Shown: positions 14,050 to 24,990 of the stretch, in pieces
How positions within the stretch are numbered: the first letter of the stretch is position 1
Layout of the letters: the number at the start of each line of letters is the position of its first letter
Source: the human T2T-CHM13v2.0 reference genome, Homo sapiens
Assembly: GCF_009914755.1 (NCBI RefSeq)
Contig: NC_060939.1
Direction: 5' to 3' (one strand)
DNA length: 64,000 bases
Notes under the pieces: model-generated
Database searches by the model: none
What the model saw: the letters and a program-made list of their open reading frames with translations, nothing else
What the model was told of the DNA's origin: nothing
Position numbers and translations under genes: made by a program

Positions 14050-15030
14050 GATTCTTGGCACACCACCATCGTTAGTCCACACAATATCCCTTTCTTGTTT
14101 TGTTTGTGTATTCCTTTTATCTCCATTCCATTCCCATATGGAATACATTCTTTTTGTCTGTATGCCTTCCTATACTTACAAAGTTTGTATTGCTGTTGTT
14201 TTGAATTTGTGTGAATGGTGTGGTGTCATGGAGCACATTCTATTTCTTATTTTTGTCATCCAGCATTTTGTTGTTAAATTTCCACTTATGTTGCCATGAG
14301 TATACCAACTTCATTGCTTCTAAATGCTGAATCCCCCCTACGTGTTACCTATCCATGCTCCTGGTGATGGACACCCAGATTGCTTTCAATTTCCTGCAAC
14401 CACAAACAATTGTGGTGAACATTCTCATACATGTGCTTTATGAATCTGAATGAGAATGGAATTGAGATATATGCTCAGGTGAGGATCTGCTGGAACAGAG
14501 GCTAGTCCATCCTTATTTTACCTGGCAGTGCTAGGTTGTTGTCCCAGGTGGGTGCACTATTCAACACTCTCACAAGTGGTTAGAGTTCCATTGTTCCCAC
14601 ACCCTGCTGCCAATACTTGTTACTCAGCTTCTGTTTTTGCCAGTGTAACAGGTATAGTCATATTTCACTGTTGTTTTCATTTGCATTTCTTGGATTACTG
14701 ATGTGGTTTGCACATTTTTTGCTTTTATTAGAGAAGGGTTTTCCCTATGTTGCCCAGGCTGGTCTCAAACTCCTGAGCTTAAGCAATCCCTCCAACTCAT
14801 CCTCCCAAAGTACAGGGATTACAGGAGTGAGCCATTGCTCCTTGCCTGATTATATTTTCAAATGCTACTGAGCCTTTGGGTTCTCTACTCCATAAATTGT
14901 TTGGTCATTATCCTTTGCTCATTGTTCTATTGAGATGCCTGTCTTTTTGTATTAATTTTCAGGAGTTCTTAGAATTTCCTAGATATCAGTCCCTATCTCT
15001 ACCTGGTTTTGGACAAGGCAAATACTTTTC
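14050..15030 (-). mobile_element. Old L1 (L1ME-type) 3' fragment
   Basis: gatggacacccagattgctttcaattt...gtgaacattctcatacatgt; ttttcatttgcatttct. Confidence 0.65.
14724..14847 (-). mobile_element. FLAM / Alu left monomer
   Basis: Single monomer ttgcccaggctggtctcaaactcctgagcttaagcaatcc...gagccattgctccttgcc. Confidence 0.85.
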
Positions 15031-15400
15031 AATGGTCCTGCTTACTCTGATTTGTCTGGTCCGAGAATTGTGTTGAGTTCTGAGGTTCATATCTTAAAGA
15101 GACCATGATGAGCCTGGGACGGAGAATAGACACTTGGTTTATGAAACTCATCAAGGAGGAGCTGTATCAGTAAGCGAAATTTACAGGGGTGTTGATTTCA
15201 AGCAATATAAGGAAGGTATTTCCAGTGATTAGAGCCACCGATGATAGGGTATACTCTCTGGAGCAGCAATGAGCACCAGAAACAGCAGCAGGGGTGCATA
15301 AAGAGAAGACAGACAGTGACTTGTTGGGGAGGTTGCAGAAATGTTTCCCGCATTAGATGGTTCATTCCAACCTTGATATTTTCAGAGCTTTTCTGAGTCA
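15030..15400 (+). mobile_element. L3/CR1 continuation
   Basis: gagaattgtgttgagttctgaggttcatatcttaaagaga resembles EYCVQFWAPHFKKD; caatataaggaaggtatttcc is a CR1 3' motif. Confidence 0.45.
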
Positions 15401-15705
15401 CCATGTGTTGAAAGTCAGAGAAGGAATCATGGAAGAGGAGAAGGGGAAAACACAACTTTAATTCCCTTTTTCTTCTGCCCTTATGAGCTCCCCATAGTCT
15501 TCATTTATCACACGGTGGCACTTCATTCTGCCTTGTCCTATACGTGAGTTACACACACACACAGACATGCTTGTGCACAGCCATGTTCATACAATCACTT
15601 TCACATTATGAGACACACATACATGCCATGTAAGTACATAGATACACACCAACATCGCAATAAAGCAGTATATGCCCCCAAAACACACATGGCTATACAC
15701 GTGTA

Positions 15706-16373
15706 TGAAGGAACAGAAAAGATGTGAGATCTTTCCTTCACCATCATAAGGCTCACAGCTGACACTTCTATAACAAAAGACAGGTTAACAAGAGAAAAAC
15801 ATAACAGATTTGTTTAATCAAAGTTTTATGTGACATGAGAGACTTCAGAAATGAAAATTCCAAAATACTGGGAAAAACGATCTATTTTTATGCTTCGGTT
15901 TGATGAAGCTGGGACAGCCATGTAGAAATAGGATTGTACAGAAAGGGTATGATCTCATGCTAATAGACTTAGTGGGGAAACCCAGCAAGGCCTGTCTGTC
16001 CAGATTCTTGCTGGGCCTCTCTGTGCAGCATCGCCTCTCCCAGGTATAGGATAGGATCCTTTCTGGAATAGGGGTCTTATGACTCCCAAACAAGTTGTGT
16101 CAGAGAATTTCTTTATGGCCAGCTGTTACACCAAAAGGTGTGGGGGGAAGGTAAGAGTAATAGTTTTAGGTTTTATGACTGGCTTTGGGGTAAGGGGGTT
16201 TTGGTTTCTTCAATGACCCATCTGGGGGAAGAGGGCTTTTAGTTTCTATGGCTGGCCTCAGGAGAGAATGAGGGGCAAGAGACAGGAGGGCAGGGGAATG
16301 TCACAGAGAAACTTTGCTCCTGAGGCAGCTTCTGAGGTCTTCACTTTGGGGCATCATTTCCTGAGCCCCAACG
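15706..16373 (-). mobile_element. ERV1 solo LTR (MER39-like)
   Basis: Minus strand begins cgttggggctcaggaaatgatgccccaaagtgaagacctcagaagctgcctcagg, like the MER39 5' end; flanks tgta/tgtt. Confidence 0.8.
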
Positions 16374-17062
16374 TGTTCATGTGCCCCATGCATGTTGTGT
16401 GTGTTTGCAAAGTGGAGGGAGCGGTTCTGGGTTAAATGTGAAAGGCCACACAGTCCTCCATCCTTCTTGGTGTGGAGGCTCCATTCGTGGTGGTCCAATC
16501 CTGCCTTCACTTCTGAGAGAACCCAGAGCCTGTGTTCTGCAGGAAGGTAAATATTTGATAATTTACCTCATTCCAGAGGCTAGAGGCCTGAGCAGGGACA
16601 AGGAACCAGAACCCTTGGTTCCAAACTCCCTTCGCTCCCAGCCCAGTGTCTTCCTGGACTTCCCTTCAGTCTTTTCTGATAGAGCTAAATAAAACTCTAG
16701 AATTGGCCTGTCTCCTCCCAGGAAGACCGCTTTCAGACTATTGCTTCCTAATGTTGTAGCATCTTGGTCATTGAGCTTCCAGGCCTTGCACGACCCTCAC
16801 CCTGGCTTGGGGCTATTCTCCTAAGTGCATGTGAATGAGATGGTCCAGGAAGCAGAGTGTCTCAGGGTTGGGCTGGGGGTGAGGGGACTGCAAATCTGGC
16901 CAATGGAAGCTGTCTTGTGGGTTGGGGGTAACTCTGGGGCTGGACTGGTCTTTTTGATCTTTTTGATCCTGTACCTCTCAAGAGCTTCTGGACAGAGTCA
17001 AGCAGCTGAGAAACTGCCTGCTGGACGTCGGACTTAAATACCCAAGGCAAGGCAGATAACAC

Positions 17063-17868
17063 TATGCACCAGTATCAATCACATTGTCTACTGCACCTTG
17101 GCCAATTTCCATCACTTACTCGAGTCCAGTGAACAGGACACTCTCACATAACAAGTTACATGGAGCAGGGTTATTACTTATAGATAGGCAGCAAGGGACA
17201 ACAGAAACCTAGGATTCATGGCGAGCCAATCCCCATGGCTCAGGAAAGAAGCAAAATTGGATGGAGTCTTGTCTGAGTGGGCTCCACTTGCACTGCAGCT
17301 GAGGGACCCCTGAAAGCAGCCTGCTCTGGTTTTTCTACCCCATGGTAACATGACTTGCTGGGATAAAGTGTTAAAGGATATCCTGTTCTACGAGGGAGAA
17401 AAACAGAGCCAGAACTGTTGCAACCACTTCCTCCCTATCTCAGGATGTTGCATTCCCAGGACATTCTACAGTTAATCTTTTTTTTTTTTTTTTTTTTGAG
17501 ACAGAGTCTTGCTCTGTCATCCAGGCTGGAGTGCAGTGACACGATCTTGGCTCACTGCAAACTCTGCCTCCTTGGTTCAAGTGATTCTCCTGCCTCAGCC
17601 TCCTGAGTAGCTGGGATTACAGGTGTGTGCCACCACACCCAGCTAATTTTTGTATTTTTAGTAGAGACAGGGTTTCACCATGTTGGCCAGGCTGGTCTCA
17701 AACTCCTGACCTCAAGTGATCTGCCTGCCTCGGCCTCCAAAAGTGCTGGGATTACAGGCTTGAGCCACTGCACCTGGTCTCTACAGTTAATTTGAAAATT
17801 ATAAGTGAAAAAGTGGGGAGAACTGGTTCAATCCAAGGCCACCTGGACACCTGGAGAACTGTCCTGCA
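17063..17868 (-). mobile_element. ERVL solo LTR (MER54/MER73/MER74 group) split by an Alu
   Basis: Minus strand begins tgcaggacagttctccaggtg...gtggccttgga and contains taactgtagaatgtcctgggaatgcaacatcctgagata. Confidence 0.6.
17478..17779 (-). mobile_element. AluS
   Basis: Full antisense Alu; TSD tctacagttaat at 17465-17476 and 17780-17791. Confidence 0.95.
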
Positions 17869-18692
17869 CCTAAAAGCTGCAAAGATCCAGTGCAACACTG
17901 CAGACAGGCTCTTGCTGATTGCGGAGGAGAGAAGAAAAGGGCACTAGACAACTTGGCTGGGAGAAGATTTCTCGAAAGACGTGATGGGGATAAATGTGCC
18001 ACCAGGAGCCCTGCTGCAAGTGGTCACCCACTGAGGCTTTGTCGGATCAGATGGATTTGTATAATTTAGGCCCCTTCTATCTCCAGCTCTAGCTGGTTGT
18101 CAGCTAGCTGGTTCTGAGCCCTGCAGGAGGCAGCCAGGCACCCAGTAGGCTGCCCAGACAGTTTGAATGCAAGAGGTCCGGATGGAGATGCAGGGAGCTA
18201 GCTGAGTTATGGGCGCCTGGGGAGGTAGAGATATGTAACATGAGGGGCGAGCAAAGGCCACTGCACTTCATGACAAAGACTAAAAAAAATAAAATAAAAG
18301 AGGCCATGAAAAGGCTTTCCCCACCATGAAGTATAATAAAGACTAGGAAGCATTTAAGCATGATCAAAGACCTGAAAAACTCTAAGATTGTGGAACTGAG
18401 CACCAAACTAAAATACATGCGCCTCTAAGTCTGATGCTTATTGAGGAAAAACTCAAGAAGTTTGCCGAAGGACATAAAGTGTCTATAAAACCTTGTTTGT
18501 TGCCTGTAAGGTCGGGTTTCTTTAATCGAAAGATTGTCCTGATGTCATAGTGAGTAATAAAGCTGTGTGCTGATGCAGACAATGCAGAAATCTTTAGGAA
18601 AGGGAGAGCCTCTCTCTTTGGAAGTGGTCTCTGCATTTCCCACCTGGATAAGATTTGTGCAAGGCAGAGCCTTCAGGAATGTGGCTTCAAGT

Positions 18693-19392
18693 TGTTACGG
18701 CAGGTAGTTAGACAGGAGCAGGGCAGGAGAGGGCTCACCACAAACCAAGAATGTCAGGCGACCATCAGGTGATGGTCAGGTGGTTGTTAACTGTCTCTCT
18801 AAAATAATAATTTGTCACAGCAAGCTCCAGGGAAAAGCAGTCTCCCAATAGACAGAAATACCTGAAACCGGTGATCAGCAGCTTCCTAATAAGATCTCAG
18901 GAATCGGGCCAGTGGGTTCAAGCATGTGCACTAAGAGGCAACATGTCAGAGTTTAATTGGTATACGACCTTCTAGGAACAGGTGACTGGTAAAGGAAGAA
19001 CGCCTCAAGTGAGCATGTGTACAACTCCAGTAAACACACTGCACATGCAGCCCCTCCCAAGTGCTGGCAGGCCACTGTGCACGTGGACAGCCCACCCCAA
19101 GAAGAGAATCAGGAGAGAAGGGAGACTTAAGACTCCAGAAGTATGCCAACATATAAAACCCCAAGTCAAAGCTCAAACAGAGCACTCGACTCTCTCAGGT
19201 TGCCCGCTTGACCCTCTTCCAAGTATACTTTACTTCTTTCCATGCTGGACCTAAAGCTTTTTAATAAACTTTCACTCTTGCTCTTCATCTTGCCTCGGTT
19301 TCTCTTCCTTATGCCTCTTGGTCGAATTCTTTCTTCTGAGAAGGCAAGAATTGAGGTTGCTGCAGACCTGTTCTGATCTACCACTGCTAACA
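18693..19392 (+). mobile_element. ERV1 solo LTR (MER50-like)
   Basis: tgtta...taaca ends; gagcagggcaggagaggg and gaccatcaggtgatggtc; TATAAAA at 19152; AATAAA at 19263; 4-bp TSD aagt/atgt. Confidence 0.85.
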
Positions 19393-20345
19393 ATGTCAGA
19401 CTTTGGGATTTCAAAAACGGGTAAAAAATGTTTTTAAAAAGGGAGGTAATACTAGGTTGAAAATTTTTATTTTGCCAACTGAGGACATGAAAAATACATC
19501 ATTCCACCATTTCATAAAAATAGGAAGGGCATAATCTAAGATAAAGGACAACCCTTGAATGGAACACATTTAGCTTTAAGTGGAACCCAGGTGTAACTGA
19601 CTTAGTCTATTTCCCACATCCACGCTGGAGCAGGACTTGTCATTTGATCACATCCCCCAAAAGTCAAATAGGATTCTGCAAATCATTAGCAAGTAATGCA
19701 GATTTTACTGATGATTTGGTGAAGCAATGGGATAGAGTGGCCTTGTAAACCACAAAACAGAACTAAAGTGAACTCCCCTCGCCGTGACTGTGAACTTCTC
19801 CTTGGTGACCTCATCTCCAGTTACCTCATCTCCAGCTCATCATTCCCCTTGCTACCTCCCAGAAAGGTTGAGGTGGGTGCCGGAACATCAGTTTATTGCT
19901 TTTCATAAAAATGGGCAGACCCAAGAGTGAAATAGTTGAAATCTGTAATCCAAACATCTCAGCCTTCCAGCTTCCTAGGGTGCCCTTTCCACCAACATCT
20001 AGGTAAAGGATGCCAGCCTGCTGTGGGAAAACCAGTGCTGTCCCCAGCAGTGCCATCGGCAGGGGAACAGGGTGGTGGGGGAAGCCTGTGCTCCTCACTG
20101 GCCACCTTTTTCCTTAGGCCCCTGAGTTTTCCTCTTGTTGGGGGCCCCTTTCTTCAGGCTACCTCCTGGGAGAGGTTCAAAATTTCTGTGAGTTTATTAT
20201 GCAGTGCGATTTAGCTTCTTCTTTGTCTCATCCTTTCCAGTCCAAAGCAGCCCTGGGGCCTCTCTTTGCATAATTAAAAGATCCATTAAGGTGTTTTCCC
20301 AAACAAAAGAGCAGTTTTCTCCCTCAGAGGAATTCTATCATTCTC

Positions 20346-20415
20346 TTAGGACAACCATCTCCAACTGCGGTGAGATTTAATTAGGACAACCATCTCCAAC
20401 TGCGGTGAGATTTAA
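20346..20415. repeat. Perfect 35-bp tandem duplication
   Basis: ttaggacaaccatctccaactgcggtgagatttaa at 20346-20380 and 20381-20415. Confidence 0.97.
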
Positions 20416-20422
20416 AAATAAT

Positions 20423-20457
20423 CACACACACACACACACACTCGAACTCAGAATGAG

Positions 20458-20518
<61 letters not shown>
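20423..20518. repeat. (CA)9 and (GA)29 microsatellites
   Basis: CA run 20423-20440; GA run 20461-20518. Confidence 0.97.
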
Positions 20519-20522
<4 letters not shown>

Positions 20523-21065
20523 TCAGGCATCTCTTCCCTGTGGTTGAGGTACAGGTGGAACAGATTGTAACCAGAAGCTGCTGGGTTGATTTACTAGAAT
20601 GCATGACTCCAGGAAGGCATATGTGGCCAGCAGTTTCTCTGTGTCTGCAGGTAGAGACTGAATGTGGAGTCAGGTAGACGGAATGTCTGGTGCTTCCACC
20701 CCAGGATGAGAGATGTCTCCCCTTCAGGTATGGAAGAGCTCTTGGTCTGCTGCTCCCAACTCCTGCCTTTACCTTCATGCATGAATCTCCTCAAGGCCAC
20801 AGCCAAGTGCCTTTCTTCCTGTGCAGTTTACATGGGCCCTGCTGTCCCTGTCCTCCATGACCCTCCTGGTTCCTGTTTCCCCTTTTGGGCTTTGCCTTTT
20901 GGAAGCCTTTTCTAGTTCCCCTTCTGGGCTGACCCAAAGGCAGGCTAGTGCCTCAGCACAGGCTACAGTGGAGGGCCCTACCCTGGGTGTTGTTTCGTCG
21001 TATTTAGGGCACTTTCCATGTCCCTTGTAGTGCTAGTCTCAGAGCTTAACCAAGTTAAGCTCAAG

Positions 21066-21240
21066 CTGGTCTCCACGGTCTGGTCCTCAGGGCAGCTGGA
21101 GGGTCATAGCCCTGAGCTGGCCCCATGGTCCTCAGGGTTGGGGTATCATATCCCTGGGCTGGTCCCCATGGTGCTCAGGGTTTGGGGATCATGGTCCTCA
21201 GCTGGTCCAAGGCTGGGGGATCATACCCCTGGGCTAACTC
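21066..21240. repeat. Degenerate tandem repeat, unit about 42 bp, about 4 copies
   Basis: Unit approximately ctggccccatggtcctcagggttggggtatcatatccctggg. Confidence 0.85.
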
Positions 21241-21714
21241 CACATTCTCAGGGGTGGAGATCCACTGACTGTGAGGCCTTCCTCTCTCTTTGTGCTGGCT
21301 GCAACTCAATCCTACTCTTTCAGAGGCCTCTTCTCTCCCAGGAAGCCTTGTCAGGCTGCTTGAGCTTGAGAAGAACACCACTGGGGATGTTGTTAGCATC
21401 ATATTCAAGAAGAGTGTGGATATTTGGGTGATGTCCAGTGGCTCTGTACTGGAACTTCCCTGTAAATGCAGAAACCAAAGGTAACGGGGTTAAGCCTTTC
21501 AGGAGAGAATCACTCCAGGCCAGTCTGAAGGGGAAATGAGGTGGGAGTGTTAGCAGAGTCCCCTGGGGAGGTCAGTTCCCAAAACTGCAGGGTCATCAGT
21601 CTTCATGGCCTGTCTCTGAGCAGCAGTGCAGGGGCTGGGAAGACTGAGCAAGTGTCCTGAAGGCTGGAGCTGGAAGCTTGGGGAGGAAGAATGTTGTTTT
21701 CTAGCATGGATCAG

Positions 21715-22393
21715 TGTTTTAGTCTTTCCAGGCTGTAACAGAATACCATAAACAGGATGGTTTATAAACAACAGAAATTTATTTCTCACAGTTCTAGAGG
21801 CTGGGAAGTCCAAGACCAAGGTGTTGGCAGATTTGATGTCTGGTGAGGGACTGCTTCCTCCTAGATGGACTTCTTGTTGTGTCCTCACTTGGTGGAAGAA
21901 GGAAGGGTCTCTCTGGGGCATCTTTTATATTTTGGTGTTTGGCCTTTTTTTTTGAGATGAGGTCTTGCTCTGTCACCCAGGCTGGAGTGCAGTGGTTCGA
22001 TCACAGCTCACTGCAGATTTGACCTCCTGGGCTCAAGTGATCCTCCCACCTCAGCCTCCTGAGTAGCTGGGACTACAGGCACACACCACCATGCTTAGCT
22101 AATTTTTTTATTGTTTGTAGAGTTAGGGTTTTGCCATGTTGCTCAAGCTGGTCTTGAACTCCTGGGCTCAAGCAATCAGCCTGCCTTGGCCTCCCAAAGT
22201 ACTGGGATTACAGATATGAGCCACTGCACCTAGCCTGGGGCATCTTTTATATGGTCACTAATCTCATTCACGAGGGCTCTGCTCCCATGACTTAATCACT
22301 TCCCAAAGGCCCCGCCTCCTAATACCATCACCTTGGAGGTTAGGATATCAACATATGAATTTTGGGGGGGAAACAAACATTGAGACCATAGCT
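21715..22393 (-). mobile_element. MaLR LTR (MLT1A-type) split by an Alu
   Basis: ttataaacaacagaaatttatttctcacagttctagaggctgggaagtccaag...caaacattgagaccatagc. Confidence 0.85.
21931..22235 (-). mobile_element. AluJ
   Basis: ctcctgggctcaag in both arms; perfect 17-bp TSD tggggcatcttttatat at 21914-21930 and 22236-22252. Confidence 0.93.
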
Positions 22394-24249
22394 GTTGGTA
22401 TTCCCTCCCTTCTTCCACACCAGTAGTCTTCACTTTATAAGGAAAAGCAGCAAGTGGGGTCATGGGAGTGGGAAACACCAAGACCTTGAGAGGTCGTGGT
22501 CCCATTTTAGCCTTTAGCAGAGCACAAGCGTCTGCCCAGGGCAGACAATATTCTTGCCTTTTGGGCCATTGCAGTTGGAATTGGTGGTAAACAGCCCCAA
22601 GCCCAGCTCTTGCCCCGTCATTATTAGGGTGTCGTTATTACTTTTGCAGGCTGAACATATATTTGGGTGTAACAGGGTTCTCTTGAGCCAAACCAGTGTC
22701 CATCTCTTGAATTCAGTGAGGCTAGATATCTCTGGCAACAGTGGGACAGGATGCTCTTTTGTGTGGATTATGGTCCTTTGGGAAGAGTCCTCACCTAGGG
22801 GAATAGGCGGCCAGGCCAATAGATTTGCTCAGCAGAAGTCATTAGGGGACAGGAAAGTTCTGGGTCCTCTCTCTCTATCACTGACTTCCATGGACTCATG
22901 TCTGGATGCTAAGGTATGGGAGAGCAGATGGGTGGCATGGTTGGAATTGCAAAAGTCATTTTCCTAAAATTCCGTGAGGCAGTGAGGCACAAGCAACTCT
23001 GTTCCAGATCCCTTTGATAGAGTGGCATGGGAGGAGGGAGGTTCTGCCTCTGCTTTCAACTGCTGGGGGCACAGCTTTGCATCTGGAGGAATGGGCCCTG
23101 GCCCCACAGTGATGCCAGGTGGACCCAGCAGTACCCAGCAGAAGCGTCAGTGTCAGGCAGACACAGTTCCCAGCAGAAGAGAAATACATCAGCTGTCATA
23201 TAGCAACTGACCAGCCATGTCCATGAACATATGTGGGACACCTGCTGGTACTCCCAGAAACACTTTGGGTTGGGGGATTTGCTTGTCAGCAGCCTTGGAA
23301 TGACATGAGAAGAAAAAGAAACCAGGTTTTCTGTTGAAGAAAACAGAACCCCATTTTTGTCCACAGACGGATCCTTCCAAGCAGCTGCTCTGTAGAAGGG
23401 CTGGGCCTGTAGGTTCCTGCCTCGCATGTACCCTAGAGATGAGAGGCTGCCTGGCAGAACTGCCGGTGGCTGTGGCTTGGGCTGTCGGGGTCTTGGGGCC
23501 TGGATGCAATGTGATCTGACCCTGGGCTGCGCAGACCACCCAGCTCATAGCCCTGGCTGCCGCCAGTGCCTGCAATTTCTCAAGGTGAAAGCACTCTCCA
23601 GCGGGTCATTCGTCCGCGTCTGAGTGGTTTTCTGTTCGTGGAATCATTTATTTCTGGTGTCAGGGAGGCCCAGGGCGACTTTTCCCACTGGCTGTAAATG
23701 CTCCGAGCATCATCGATTCGTCTACTCCCATCTCCGGAAATCTGCTGGAGCAGCAAGTCTGTCTGGGATTCCTGGCTGGAAGGGCATGGGGCAGGGCAGG
23801 GGCTGGGGTGGCTTTGGTTCCCTCCCTCTCAGCAGAGGCAAGTGGAGGGATGCTGAAGCCTCCCCATCTCTCCAGAGAGCAGCCTCATGGTTTGGGCCCT
23901 GTGTTGGAGTTTCCTGATCTGCAGCTGGGGAAGTGTGGCTAGCTTGGCTTGTAATGACATCTGACACTCTTGAAGCCCACCCTTGAAGCCCACCCAGGGC
24001 CACTGAATGTGCCCCAGCTTGGCTGAGGACTCCCTCAGAGGGCATTCTCCTCCTCTCAAAGATGCCCCCAGATCTCCATTAATCCTCCTGTCAGTAGGCT
24101 GGAGCCCATCCAGGTAGGGACGGCAGCAAAACCCCAGACTGTAGGCAGGGGCACCACCCAGCCCCAGGTGGAGCAAAGTGGACTGGAGTCAGTGTAATGC
24201 ACTCACCTCACAGCGTGATCATGAGACTTTGGGGACCTCATGCGAACTT

Positions 24250-24990
24250 GCCTGTGTGTGAATGCCTGTGTGTGTGTGTCTGTGTGCCATGGCTGCAGCA
24301 TGTGTGGGCCTCCATGTCATCTTTGTGTTTGCACATGATCTTGTGCGATGAGGTGGGTGCTCGTGGGCTTCTATGTGTGTTTATGCATGCATGTTCACTT
24401 GGGTGTGACTTTCTGTAGGTGTTCATGTGTCTAAGTATGCATGTGTGTCTGTGTGTATGCTGGTATGTTTGTATCTGGTTGTGTGTCTGGTGTTCGCATT
24501 GCTGTGTGCGTGCATACTCATGGTGTTTGTGTGCCTGTGTCTCTGTGTGTGTGCATGTTCCTGGCATGCGTTTGTGTGTGCATGCTCATGGTGAATGTGT
24601 CTCTGTGCATGTATGCTCATGGTGTTTGTGTGCTTGTGTATCTGTGTGTGTGCATGCTCATGGCATATGTCTGTGTGCATGCTCATAATGGGTGTGCCTG
24701 TGTGCATGCATGCTCACGTGTGTGTCTGTATGTCTGTGTGTGCATGTTCACTGTGTGTATGCATGCTCATGGCATGTGTATCTGTGTATGCATGTTCATG
24801 GCACATGTGTGCCTGTGTGCATGTTCATGGTATGTGTCTCTGTGTGCATCCTCATGGTATGTGTGTCTATGTGTGACGCATGCTCATGGTGTTCGTGTGC
24901 CTGTGTCTCTCTGTGTGTGCATGCTTGTGGCGTGTGTGTGCCCATGTCCGAGTGGGATGTGTGTAGGGCTTGTGCCTATGTGTGCGTGAG
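24250..24990. repeat. Degenerate TG-rich minisatellite (tgtgtgcatgctcatgg-based)
   Basis: Alternating purine/pyrimidine array with a recurring block of about 55 bp. Confidence 0.9.

Noticed and set aside
18355-18550. Short Lys-rich frames (MIKDLKNSKIVELSTKLKYMRL, MLIEEKLKKFAEGHKV...) suggesting a processed pseudogene
   Set aside because: No recognisable parent gene, poly(A) tail or TSD
20346-20415. 35-bp direct repeat of CRISPR-like length
   Set aside because: Only two abutting copies, no spacer, no cas genes, primate DNA
21018-21431. 137-aa plus-strand ORF across the 42-bp repeat
   Set aside because: Weak start context; repeat differences are non-synonymous in this frame; no homology recognised
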